IMG/VR virus record: IMGVR_UViG_3300037264_006128
Span: 32,452-96,451 of that record
Reading direction: 5' to 3' (one strand)
From: a virus
DNA length: 64,000 nucleotides
The position numbers were made by a program, and so were the translations under genes. The stretch's first letter is position 1. The number at the start of each line of letters is the position of its first letter. The notes beneath the pieces are model-generated. The model worked only from the letters and a program-made list of their open reading frames with translations. It was not told the DNA's origin and searched no databases. Of the stretch, positions 1 to 8,643 are shown in pieces.

Positions 1-135
1 CGCACGGTAGTCACAGTAGAACAGGCGGTCGTTGTTTGCCGCGAGCAGTGTGACGGTATCCCGATCGAACTCAATCACCCGGACTGCAACTGGCATCCCG
101 CCCAGAACAACCTGAACCACGTTCCCTTCCGCCAT
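1..135 (-). CDS. Hypothetical protein, N-terminal part (runs off window)
   Basis: ATG at 135 opens MAEGNVVQVVLGGMPVAVRVIEFDRD with no stop before the window edge. Confidence 0.55.
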   Translation of the reverse strand, partial: MAEGNVVQVVLGGMPVAVRVIEFDRDTVTLLAANNDRLFYCDYRA

Positions 136-158
136 GATTGCCGCCAGGATCTTTTCCA

Positions 159-695
159 TCACCGCCCATCGCCCAGCGCCTTTTCGATCAGCGCCCGGGT
201 TGCCGGATCCGCCGCCCCCAGTGCTTCCACCGCACGCCGCGTTTCCGTTGCCTTGTCTGCGTCCGTCATTGCACGCACGGTTGCCAGGGCTTCGCTGTAG
301 ATGGCACGGATATCGGCGGGGGACAGGTTCCCCGCAGCGGATTGTTCGCAAGCTGCGTAGAGCGTCGTTCGAAGTACGAGTACAACTTGTGTGCGCCCCG
401 CCAGTTCCACAACGCGCGCCGTCAATTCGGGGGTAAGGCTGCCGGTTGCACCTGCGTAGTTGGCGGTCAGTAAAAGCTTGGCCGTTTGTTCGACAGCAAC
501 ATCCGGGCTTGGCTCAGAGCAGATCGCCCGATGTTCGCCAGCTGGTAGGATGAACGCGCCGCGCCGCGTGGCGTCGTAGTTGGCCCAGTAGGCGCTGCGC
601 GCACCCCCCTTGATTTCCTTGATCCCCGCCGGGGCGGTCAGCATGGAACAGCCAGCGGGAAGAAGGAGCAGTAGGCCGGCTATCGCCTGGCGCAT
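159..695 (-). CDS. Lipoprotein, function unknown (lysis-module associated)
   Basis: N-terminus MRQAIAGLLLLLPAG-C is a signal peptide II with lipobox. Confidence 0.7.
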   Translation of the reverse strand: MRQAIAGLLLLLPAGCSMLTAPAGIKEIKGGARSAYWANYDATRRGAFILPAGEHRAICSEPSPDVAVEQTAKLLLTANYAGATGSLTPELTARVVELAGRTQVVLVLRTTLYAACEQSAAGNLSPADIRAIYSEALATVRAMTDADKATETRRAVEALGAADPATRALIEKALGDGR

Positions 696-895
696 CCCTT
701 CGCCTTCGCTGCCGCAGGCTTTGCCTTCGCCTTCGCCACAACAGGCGCGATCACGTTGGCCTGGACTTGCAGAACTTTCCCAAGCAGATCACCGAGGATG
801 TGCTGCCACATCTTCTTGTCGCGAAGCAAGGCCAGCTTCTCCTTCGACTCCATCTCGATCGCAATCGTCAACTTACGCATCTGCACAACCTTCAT
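680..895 (-). CDS. Small basic hypothetical protein
   Basis: 71 aa, GGGAG RBS upstream, AK-rich tail. Confidence 0.6.
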   Translation of the reverse strand: MKVVQMRKLTIAIEMESKEKLALLRDKKMWQHILGDLLGKVLQVQANVIAPVVAKAKAKPAAAKAKGCARR

Positions 896-913
896 CCGAT
901 TTCTCCCTTTCTG

Positions 914-1477
914 TCAGTTGATCCAGAGCGACGTAGGATCGTATTCCGCACGCCGCAACCATCCATCCAGGAAAACCGCCTGGCCCGGGTTACGCTTCAC
1001 AACTTCCCTGTGGTACTTCGCTTGCAGGTGGGATAATCCGTCGATGACAAGAGGATACCCCTTGATCTCGTCGGCCCGATTCGCGGTGAACGGTCCCAAT
1101 ATGGAATCGATCTTTAGCGCCGCCCCCTGGCCGTGTTCAGCCTGGTAGGCCATGTTCAGGGCTTTCTGGAGGAACTGGATAGCCTTGGGCCCCATCAACA
1201 CCACTTGATCGAACACCTTACAAGCAATCGTAGCAGGCCCCCGCCCGGTAAGCCGCCATAATCCGTTTTTCTGCCACACGTTGCCGTAATACAACTCCAG
1301 CGCATCGGCTAGCGTCAGCTTCGCCGGGTCGGCATCGTCGCCATGCCCGCATTCCCGCAGGAAGCGTTGCGTGATGCCGTACTTCGTGCGCCCGCCAGCA
1401 TCGGCGGGGTGATCCGTGAACCCTTCGCCTTCCCACTGCAACGTGCCGGTGACGGCACGAAGAAAGTCAAGCGTCAT
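914..1477 (-). CDS. Endolysin, glycoside hydrolase family 108 with C-terminal PG-binding-3 domain
   Basis: EGEGFTDHPADAGGRTKYGIT motif; LQKALN, DSILGPFT and VFLDGWLRRA C-terminal motifs. Confidence 0.92.
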   Translation of the reverse strand: MTLDFLRAVTGTLQWEGEGFTDHPADAGGRTKYGITQRFLRECGHGDDADPAKLTLADALELYYGNVWQKNGLWRLTGRGPATIACKVFDQVVLMGPKAIQFLQKALNMAYQAEHGQGAALKIDSILGPFTANRADEIKGYPLVIDGLSHLQAKYHREVVKRNPGQAVFLDGWLRRAEYDPTSLWIN

Positions 1478-1973
1478 CCTCTTCCACTGGATCCTTCAAC
1501 ATCGGCCACAACTGCAACAGCTGTTCCGGCGTGGTTTCCATCGGGATGTCCACCTGCCCGATCCTGTGAACCTTCACTTCGACGGGGCCTTGGATCAGTT
1601 CTTCCAGGTCCTTCTCGTGCTTTTCCTGTTCCGCGATCTCAGCTTCGTACAGCTTCTTCAGTTCCCCTTCGCGGCGTTCGAATTCCGCACGGTTGTCCCG
1701 GATCTGGAACATCTCCCGCCCATTCGGCAGCGTCTGCACGATCGGGTTCCCCCGCTCATCCTTGTCCGACATTTCCACCAACAGGGCATTCCGCGCGTCG
1801 GAATACTTCGAAAACCCCGGCAGGGGCTTCAAGGCATCCGTGATGCTTTCCACTTCATTCCGCAATCGCCGCGCGTTGATCGCCACTGCGTAAGAAAAGG
1901 TGCCGCCCCTGGGCAACCGTTTCTGCATCAGCCCGCGGTAGAACTCCATCACGTCTCGTCGCTTCAGAAGCAT
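1467..1973 (-). CDS. Hypothetical helical phage protein (DUF1617-like)
   Basis: FSYAVAINARRLRNEVE...ARNALL...DKDERGNPI pattern typical of proteins near tail/lysis genes; start MLLKRR after RBS. Confidence 0.6.
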   Translation of the reverse strand: MLLKRRDVMEFYRGLMQKRLPRGGTFSYAVAINARRLRNEVESITDALKPLPGFSKYSDARNALLVEMSDKDERGNPIVQTLPNGREMFQIRDNRAEFERREGELKKLYEAEIAEQEKHEKDLEELIQGPVEVKVHRIGQVDIPMETTPEQLLQLWPMLKDPVEEDDA

Positions 1974-2010
1974 TCGTTCCCCCTTCACTTGCGGATTGCC
2001 AATGCGAGCG

Positions 2011-2040
2011 GTCTTACCACCGCTGGCTGTCGCCTGTCAA
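2011..2040 (-). promoter_or_regulatory. Putative sigma70 promoter for the endolysin subunit of the operon
   Basis: TTGACA-18 bp-(TGG)TAAGAC in the intergenic gap upstream of 1973. Confidence 0.4.
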
Positions 2041-2071
2041 TGCCCAGGCGGTAAATTCGCTTCTAATGGGA

Positions 2072-2659
2072 TCACGGGTAATTGGCCAGGTTCGTCACGC
2101 ACGCCGTGTATTCGGCCGTCAGCTGCCCCCCGCCCACCCACGTTGATTCCATCGTCAGGCGGTTGTACTGCACGGCCTGCCCGCGCGGCAATACGCAATG
2201 CTGCCCAGCAGCGCAGTTCGGATCCCCCACGCAGCACGTTGCCGGCGAACCGCTGCACTTCCCCACGATCGCGTGGGTGCCCGATGAAAACACGACCGTG
2301 AACGGGTTGCTGTTTGGGTCAACGCTGGTTTCTGCGAGCACTTCGCATTCGTTGCTGGCTATCTTTTCCCAGTACCGCAGCTCCGTCCAATCATTCGGGT
2401 CCACCATCGCCCCCGTCAACCCCAACGCCGTGCAGTTCGGATCTTGCACGCCAACCCCATCGCACAGGGTAAGCTGCAAGGCCCCGGTGCTTTGCTCGTT
2501 CACAGAAAGCGTGCAGGTGGGGGCCGTGATTCCTTCGGCAGCAGGCAGTAAGCCGAAAAGGCGGGCCCCAAAAAACAGCGCTACCATCACAGCCAGCCAG
2601 AAGCCGAAGGTGACTAAGGCGGGCAGAATGTTGCCCTCAAAATCCCAATTCTTCTTCAT
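2072..2659 (-). CDS. Exported or membrane-anchored Cys-rich protein
   Basis: Hydrophobic N-terminal segment, about 10 Cys, four DPN motifs. Confidence 0.7.
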   Translation of the reverse strand: MKKNWDFEGNILPALVTFGFWLAVMVALFFGARLFGLLPAAEGITAPTCTLSVNEQSTGALQLTLCDGVGVQDPNCTALGLTGAMVDPNDWTELRYWEKIASNECEVLAETSVDPNSNPFTVVFSSGTHAIVGKCSGSPATCCVGDPNCAAGQHCVLPRGQAVQYNRLTMESTWVGGGQLTAEYTACVTNLANYP

Positions 2660-4425
2660 GGCACTTGGACCTCCTGTGCGTTCATTCCTGGGCTAACCCC
2701 ATCATCGCCAGCTTGCGCGGGGCAACGTTGGGCAACTTCTGCGGCAGAGACAAGCGCAACCGGCGCAGCCCCGGCAGCTTGCGGGGTAACCGCAGCCATG
2801 GGGGGGATGGCAAGCGCTGCCATTTCGGCCGGTACCGGCGTGTTCGTGTGGGTCTTCGTAGGCGTTGCGGTTGGTGTCCATGCGGGGCACCCTTCCACCG
2901 ACACGTCATCAACGTACCAACCGGACCACCCGAAAGATTCGTCCGACCCGAGTCGGAGCCGGAACCTGACCGACATGCCTGCGTAACCGCTTACGTCGGC
3001 AACGACGTGAACGTAACTAGCGAGGTCGGTCCACGCGAGTAAGCCACTCAAGGGGTTCCCGGTAATCGCAAGCGTAGTCGAGTAAGGGCCAATCAGCAGA
3101 TCGTCGTTGGGAACTTGGGCCCACGTCGCCCCGTCGTTCGTCGATACCTCCAGGATTCCACCGTCCCAATCGTCTTCAAGGTCGGGCATGTGCCAGAATT
3201 TGAGGAGTAGTGGGTCTTGCCCAGATGGGAGAACGAGAGAGGGAGACATCAAGCGTTGATCAGAAACACCATCTGGATTGTCGGCGTGGTAAGCGGACAA
3301 CCCGCTGTATGGGTTGCTGGTGAGGATTGCCCAACTGTTATTCGTTCCACTTGAGGTCCACCCATCTGCGCCGGACTCGAAATCGTACGCATGCAACACT
3401 TGCGTGGACGTGCCATAAGAACAGAAGGTTGGTTCTGGTGTGCTAGTTTTGGTTGCGGTTGGCGTTGCCGTAACGGTGGATGTTGCCGTTGTGGTCGAGG
3501 TTCTCGTAACGGTGAATGTTGCCGTTGGGGTCGAGGTCACTGTCGGCGGAGGCCCGCGCACAGCGCGCACCAGGGTGAAATACTGCTGAGCTGGCGCGTA
3601 TTTAGAGACTTTATCCTTAATTGGCCAGTCCAGGAATTGCACGACGTTTTGCTGATTTTGAGTGTACGGGAAGTAGTAATAGCTGCTTGCTGACGCATAC
3701 ATCAGATGGTTCAGCATCCCGGTACAACTACAAGAGGTATTGACGCACCCGGCAACGCACCCTGCATTGAACTCAGGATACACACAAGGACCGCTATTGT
3801 CAGAGCACCCGGGAGCACCGTAGTTGATCAAAGTATCCAACTCCGAGACTGCCGGGACAGAATCTCCCGGTAAACTCACCTGGTTCATCAAGGGGAGCCT
3901 CCAATCGGAGTACCCAGCAAAATTTGAGTCGTTTAGCGCCTTCAGCCACGACCACACCGTGTCGCCGCTAGGGTCGAACGTCACGCATGCGCCAACCAGG
4001 CACATGTCGCACCCACCGTATGGAACCCCGGCGTTCACCCCTCGCGTCACCGAATTGCATAGGGCAGCAAGTTCTGCCGTAGATTGGCAAAACCTCGCCG
4101 CCGCGCACTTCCCAGCCCATTGGTACCCAGCGAGCTTATCGTGTAGCCCGCCAGCCATATCCTTCTTCTCCCACATCAGCCCCGTGCAGTTGTCGGTAGT
4201 GGTGCCGTCACCGTTGTCCGTGAAGCATGAGGTGGGCGTCGGCGTCTGCGTGGCCGTCTGGGTCTGTGTGATCGTCGGCGTTTCTGCCTGCCCAAACGCA
4301 GGTATTGCCCAGACGGCCAGCGCTAGAAGTGTTGCGACGGCGAGGCTGCCACGCATGGGAAGGGGAGCCCGCGTGGCGCCTGGGAGGGGGTGCCTCGCCG
4401 TCACGCTGTCAGATGCCGCCGCCAT
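2656..4425 (-). CDS. Secreted DUF1566 (Lcl-like) protein with Thr/Pro linkers and a jelly-roll domain
   Basis: Signal peptide (MRGSLAVATLLALAVWAIPAFG); FTDNGDGTTTDNCTGLMWEKK, FAGYSDWRLP and VRAVRG DUF1566 motifs; DFESGADGW...GWYVDDVSV domain; start 4425 or 4356. Confidence 0.85.
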   Translation of the reverse strand: MAAASDSVTARHPLPGATRAPLPMRGSLAVATLLALAVWAIPAFGQAETPTITQTQTATQTPTPTSCFTDNGDGTTTDNCTGLMWEKKDMAGGLHDKLAGYQWAGKCAAARFCQSTAELAALCNSVTRGVNAGVPYGGCDMCLVGACVTFDPSGDTVWSWLKALNDSNFAGYSDWRLPLMNQVSLPGDSVPAVSELDTLINYGAPGCSDNSGPCVYPEFNAGCVAGCVNTSCSCTGMLNHLMYASASSYYYFPYTQNQQNVVQFLDWPIKDKVSKYAPAQQYFTLVRAVRGPPPTVTSTPTATFTVTRTSTTTATSTVTATPTATKTSTPEPTFCSYGTSTQVLHAYDFESGADGWTSSGTNNSWAILTSNPYSGLSAYHADNPDGVSDQRLMSPSLVLPSGQDPLLLKFWHMPDLEDDWDGGILEVSTNDGATWAQVPNDDLLIGPYSTTLAITGNPLSGLLAWTDLASYVHVVADVSGYAGMSVRFRLRLGSDESFGWSGWYVDDVSVEGCPAWTPTATPTKTHTNTPVPAEMAALAIPPMAAVTPQAAGAAPVALVSAAEVAQRCPAQAGDDGVSPGMNAQEVQVP

Positions 4426-5129
4426 CAGAACTCCACGTAAACCGGCTTCAACAGCCGCGCATTGCGCCGCCTTGGCAGGCAGCAATCGCCGCCAGCCATC
4501 AATAGCCGGTCCATGTCGTCGAAATTCATGTACATCCGGCCCTTCACGCCCCAACTGCGGCCCCAGGAGTTCTGGCCGATGAAGTACCGCTTCGGGGCGT
4601 TCACGCCGATCCAGACAACTTCATGCCCGCCGACAACGCTGCCCTTTGGGTAGATGAACCCAGTCGAACTTACCCGGCACATATGTTCGTGCCACGACAG
4701 GCCAGTCAACACCGGGCCGCGGTAGGCGATCGCAAGCGCCATCTCGTGCGCCGTGCGTGCCCAGTGGTAGGCATTGTAATACCCCAGCTTCACGCACGCC
4801 TTTGCGCCGGCAGTGGTGGAGGTACCCGAATCGTTGTTCTGGTCGTTGTCCGGATCCTCGTCCAGCGTGGTGGCCAGCCCGTACACCATGTCCCGTGCGT
4901 AGCCGTACGCCGCACGCGAAGATGGGAACTTCACCGGGGCCGGCGTAGCGATCAGTTCGCCCGTGAAGCCGCAGCCGACGCAAGTCGAGTCGTTCCCCTG
5001 CGAAAGCACCAGCGGCAGTTCCCACCGCCACGACTTGAGCGGTCGATCTACATTCATCGCCAACCTCAGCGGGAAGTGCAACGATCGCGGGTCGTGCTCC
5101 GCGTTCCAGCCGAATCGGAATTTCGCCAT
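4425..5129 (-). CDS. Papain-like cysteine peptidase (C1A)
   Basis: QGNDSTCVG (Gln, catalytic Cys), GGHEV (His), QNSWGRSWG (Asn); GAGGAG RBS before ATG 5129. Confidence 0.9.
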   Translation of the reverse strand: MAKFRFGWNAEHDPRSLHFPLRLAMNVDRPLKSWRWELPLVLSQGNDSTCVGCGFTGELIATPAPVKFPSSRAAYGYARDMVYGLATTLDEDPDNDQNNDSGTSTTAGAKACVKLGYYNAYHWARTAHEMALAIAYRGPVLTGLSWHEHMCRVSSTGFIYPKGSVVGGHEVVWIGVNAPKRYFIGQNSWGRSWGVKGRMYMNFDDMDRLLMAGGDCCLPRRRNARLLKPVYVEF

Positions 5130-5152
5130 TATTCTCCTCATCTCAGCGTCGA

Positions 5153-5614
5153 TCATTTGGCCCCCACCCCCAACAACCACGCCAAGAACAAAACCAACAG
5201 TGACCCGACCACAGATGATCCACCACACAATGCGACAATTACTCCGTAACGGCCTCGCAAATGCTCAAGTGCCTCTGCACGTTCGGATCGCAGCATTTCT
5301 GTATGTTCGGCCCGCTCATCTTCGCGCTCTTTTCGCGTGTCCTTCATCACCTGATCAAAGTGCCTAGAACAGTTGGCCTTGATCGAGTCGATGGCCCCGT
5401 GCAGATCGCTGCACATACGCTCCACCTCTCGCGTGCGTGCCAGCAGGCCAGTCATCCCGTTGCCGTCGCCGCGCACCGCAGTCACCATGGCAGTCATGTC
5501 CCGCTGCAACACTCCGAGAATCGTGGAAGCATCACGCAACTCTCCCGTGAGTGATGCCACCAGAGCGTTGCTGCTCGTGACGGCGTGGGCGAGTTCGCGG
5601 ATCAGTTGCTCCAT
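5153..5614 (-). CDS. Coiled-coil protein with C-terminal TM (holin/haemolysin-like, lysis module)
   Basis: GDGNGMTGLLAR motif, coiled coil, C-terminal hydrophobic helix. Confidence 0.55.
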   Translation of the reverse strand: MEQLIRELAHAVTSSNALVASLTGELRDASTILGVLQRDMTAMVTAVRGDGNGMTGLLARTREVERMCSDLHGAIDSIKANCSRHFDQVMKDTRKEREDERAEHTEMLRSERAEALEHLRGRYGVIVALCGGSSVVGSLLVLFLAWLLGVGAK

Positions 5615-6100
5615 CTACTCACCTTTGGTCACGCCCAGTGCGCGTGCCGTATCGCTTAATGCCTCACGAATCTCCACCAGCTCACGCTCGATGCGGCAGC
5701 GGAAGATTGCGTATCGCAGTGTGTGTGCGACCATGAGTGGCGACAGCGCCGTCTTGGGGATGATTTCATCGGCCCCGTCTTCGATCCACTCGATTGCCGA
5801 CTTGTCGTGCTCGGACGTTGTAAACACAACAATCGGCACGTCGGGGGCAAGTCCCTTGAGCCGTTGCACGGACTCCGTGCTGTTCGCGCCAGGAACCGTC
5901 GCGTCCAGCAGCACTACATCAGGTGGTTGCCGAATCGCCTCCTCCATCATGTCCAGTGTGGCTAGTGTATTCACCACGAAGGGCGCGGTGGTTTCTGAGC
6001 CATTGGCAAGCCACTCGCGCACACGTTGGGCAGTCTCGTGCTCTGCCTGGACGACCAGCACACGAATCGGAGGAGGAAGCAGTCGGCTGCGATGATTCAT
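5615..6100 (-). CDS. Stand-alone response-regulator receiver domain protein
   Basis: IRVLVV...PDVVLLD...PIVVFT...GADEIIPK CheY-like pattern plus C-terminal helix; start MNHRSR at 6100. Confidence 0.88.
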   Translation of the reverse strand: MNHRSRLLPPPIRVLVVQAEHETAQRVREWLANGSETTAPFVVNTLATLDMMEEAIRQPPDVVLLDATVPGANSTESVQRLKGLAPDVPIVVFTTSEHDKSAIEWIEDGADEIIPKTALSPLMVAHTLRYAIFRCRIERELVEIREALSDTARALGVTKGE

Positions 6101-6291
6101 AGATCCCTCACGCGACCAACGAACTCTTGCATCTCTTCCGTCACGCCCCGCAATCGCGCTTGTACATCCTCCAACTGCGCGCATGTGTCGCGCAGGCAAA
6201 CGGGGGCATCTAGGGGCCGCGCATACGACAACCGCAAGTAGCGATCCGGCACTGCCGCAACGAGCATCGTGGGCGCGACGACTAAGCACAT
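6097..6291 (-). CDS. Small hypothetical protein
   Basis: TAATG-coupled to the upstream gene and ATGA-coupled to the downstream gene; 64 aa. Confidence 0.5.
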   Translation of the reverse strand: MCLVVAPTMLVAAVPDRYLRLSYARPLDAPVCLRDTCAQLEDVQARLRGVTEEMQEFVGRVRDL

Positions 6292-6578
6292 TACTTCTTC
6301 TCGTCCACGAGAGCAGTAGCTGTTGCGACCCGCTCCTCTTTGCGCAACTCCGGCAAGGTCTTGTTCATCTCGCCGGCTGGGATTAGGCCACCGAGGCCCT
6401 GCATCGCTGCGGCAACAAACAGCCACGTCTCGCGGTCTATGAGCATGAACATGAACGCCGGTAGCGTCCAGGTAATAGCTGCGGCAGACAGCCCAGCTCC
6501 ACCTGTCAGCAGAACCAGCCGGGCGTACCGCGCGAACGCCGATTCGTCCCAGAGTAGTCGCTTCAAGAATGCAAGCAT
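6291..6578 (-). CDS. Putative holin (2 TM)
   Basis: 95 aa, two hydrophobic segments, charged C-terminus, AGGAGG RBS. Confidence 0.6.
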   Translation of the reverse strand: MLAFLKRLLWDESAFARYARLVLLTGGAGLSAAAITWTLPAFMFMLIDRETWLFVAAAMQGLGGLIPAGEMNKTLPELRKEERVATATALVDEKK

Positions 6579-6589
6579 CTCGCTCCTCC

Positions 6590-8506
6590 TTATCCTGGCG
6601 CCTGGTAGTAGTGCGTCCGTGTCGGCGCCACCGTCCTGGTCCTAGTTGCCACTTGCCCGCAAAAAAAGCCACCCCGCAGTTCGCCGCCGTCCAGCTCCGC
6701 GCACGGCGTCTCAGGAACGGGTGTGGGCGTGATCGTGGGTGTAGGCGTCCGTGTCGCTCCGCAATATTCACAGTCAAGACTCATCTGATCCACCCCAACG
6801 CCAGCACCAGCTGATCGCATCATATTCCACGTGAATCCAGTGTCTACACTGTTGACCAGATCGGGCGTCCAGGGGTAGTCAGACACGTACTCGATGATCT
6901 CGTCATCCGCAGGGTCGACAGAGTGCTGGACGTCCTGATAGTCGGACAGATCGGACCCTACTGGCACGGGGGTTATTCCCGGAGCTACAAAGCGCGCATG
7001 ATTATCCCAGACCCATTTTGTTCCCGGCGTTGCTGGAATCGCTCGCACTTCTACCCTGCCGGTGAGTTTGATGCCTGTCGCTTCCGTGGGAATCGGAGTA
7101 AGGTCAAATCCCGAGCAACGCATATAGCACCCATTGCCGCCATTAGGGTTGACAACGATGACTCCAGGCGTAGCCTCTCCATGCGGCGCGTACACGTTAT
7201 CACTCTCCTGCGCATATTCCGGGTGTCCCAAACAATAGCCCCCTGTGGTGTTTCGGCAGTACGTCGGCTTCGCCCGCTGTGTATACAAACCGCCTGCGGG
7301 GCACGTCGGCGTGGGTGTCGCCGCTGGTGTAATTGTCGGAAGACCACGTAACCCCCAGGCGTAGTATCCCGCCGTTGGGGCATTGCATGGCCCCTCCGCA
7401 ACAAAACCATTTGGATCAGTACTGAGGGTCAGGCCACGCTGAATTAGATCGGTATTACCTTGCAGGTACGGATTCGTGGCTAGGTCTGATTGATTATGAC
7501 GCAAGCCACGACACAAGTAAGCGGTTTTTGCGTCGGACGTTATCATCGCCATGCGGGCCATTCCACCGACATTAATAGCCTGCGGTTCCCTTCCGACACC
7601 AGACCAGGTGCTGGTCCATAACCAGTTGCTAACCTCAGCGTTCTTTTTTGCGGCAAAGAAGTAGTATGTTTTCCCCCCCAACACCAGATCGCCAGAGGCA
7701 ACGAACCCCGTGTCTGAGAATGTCAGTAACCCAGTGCCGCACGACGTTACACCTGTAGCCTGAAGGTAAGCGCACGACGTCGTAGTTGGCATGTCTGAGG
7801 TTTTGATTTGGTTGTATTCGGTAAAGCTCGAAGTCGTAATCGTCATCAGTACATCTGGACGCCAACCGAAATCGACCGCTTGAGTAACGCCACTGCCAAT
7901 CCAGGCACCATCTGTCGCTAATGCCCAGCTTTTGCCAAAGGCGTAGTAACAAAACCGAGTATTGTTCTGATTCACATTTTGGTTTGTCCCGAGAGTGAAC
8001 CCATTATCCGTAAGGTCTAAGATTTGGGTTGTATAGCAGGTGGTTCCCCCCTGCCATCCACACGATAAATCCGATGGCATTGTGTCGGTCGCTAGAACGC
8101 CAGAGAAGTCATCGTATGCGCTTCTCACAAACACTATAGATGAGCGAAACCCAACGGTGATCTCGCGAGCAACGCCCGTTCCTGTGTAACAGTCAAACGC
8201 AACGTCCACGAATGCGGGGGGCGTTGGGCTCGATCCAGGGGTGATTGTGGGGGTGCGAGTCCAGGTAGGGGTGTGTGTTTGTGTCGGTGTTCTTGTCAGT
8301 GTTTCCGTCGGTGTTGGGGTTCGAGTCGGAGTAATCGTCCTCGTGTTGGTCGCGGTATTCGTGGGGACAGTCGCGGTTTCGGTGGCTGTCGGAACCGTGG
8401 CCGTCTCGGTTGGCGTCTCAGTAGGGACTGTTTCTGTCGGCGACTGCGCCCACAGCGGCGCGGCGACCAGCAGGCACAGCGCGATCGCAGCAAAGGACTG
8501 CTTCAT
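6590..8506 (-). CDS. Secreted Thr/Pro-rich protein with three YTGxG-type virion repeats and a C-terminal beta-sandwich
   Basis: Signal peptide MKQSFAAIALCLLVAAPLWA; ~75-aa T/P tract; YTGTGVAREITVGFRS, WIGSGVTQAVDFGWRPD and WSGVGREPQAINVGG repeats. Confidence 0.8.
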   Translation of the reverse strand: MKQSFAAIALCLLVAAPLWAQSPTETVPTETPTETATVPTATETATVPTNTATNTRTITPTRTPTPTETLTRTPTQTHTPTWTRTPTITPGSSPTPPAFVDVAFDCYTGTGVAREITVGFRSSIVFVRSAYDDFSGVLATDTMPSDLSCGWQGGTTCYTTQILDLTDNGFTLGTNQNVNQNNTRFCYYAFGKSWALATDGAWIGSGVTQAVDFGWRPDVLMTITTSSFTEYNQIKTSDMPTTTSCAYLQATGVTSCGTGLLTFSDTGFVASGDLVLGGKTYYFFAAKKNAEVSNWLWTSTWSGVGREPQAINVGGMARMAMITSDAKTAYLCRGLRHNQSDLATNPYLQGNTDLIQRGLTLSTDPNGFVAEGPCNAPTAGYYAWGLRGLPTITPAATPTPTCPAGGLYTQRAKPTYCRNTTGGYCLGHPEYAQESDNVYAPHGEATPGVIVVNPNGGNGCYMRCSGFDLTPIPTEATGIKLTGRVEVRAIPATPGTKWVWDNHARFVAPGITPVPVGSDLSDYQDVQHSVDPADDEIIEYVSDYPWTPDLVNSVDTGFTWNMMRSAGAGVGVDQMSLDCEYCGATRTPTPTITPTPVPETPCAELDGGELRGGFFCGQVATRTRTVAPTRTHYYQAPG

Positions 8507-8522
8507 GGAAGAATCACGCCCA

Positions 8523-8636
8523 TCAATCGTCTCGCTTACTGAAGAAGTGCTCACACGCGATCAACACCAGGACCACGGTAAAGAGCCCATAGAGGAAGCC
8601 GCAGAAGATCGTGTCAAGCACACCTATGTCGTTCAT
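8523..8636 (-). CDS. Small single-TM peptide (37 aa)
   Basis: [37 protein letters not shown] fills the gap between two secreted-protein genes. Confidence 0.45.
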   Translation of the reverse strand: MNDIGVLDTIFCGFLYGLFTVVLVLIACEHFFSKRDD

Positions 8637-8643
8637 TTCATTA

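Noticed and set aside
159-895. Rz/Rz1 spanin pair
   Set aside because: A lipoprotein is present, but it is large and the upstream 71-aa ORF lacks a TM anchor, so a spanin call is unsupported
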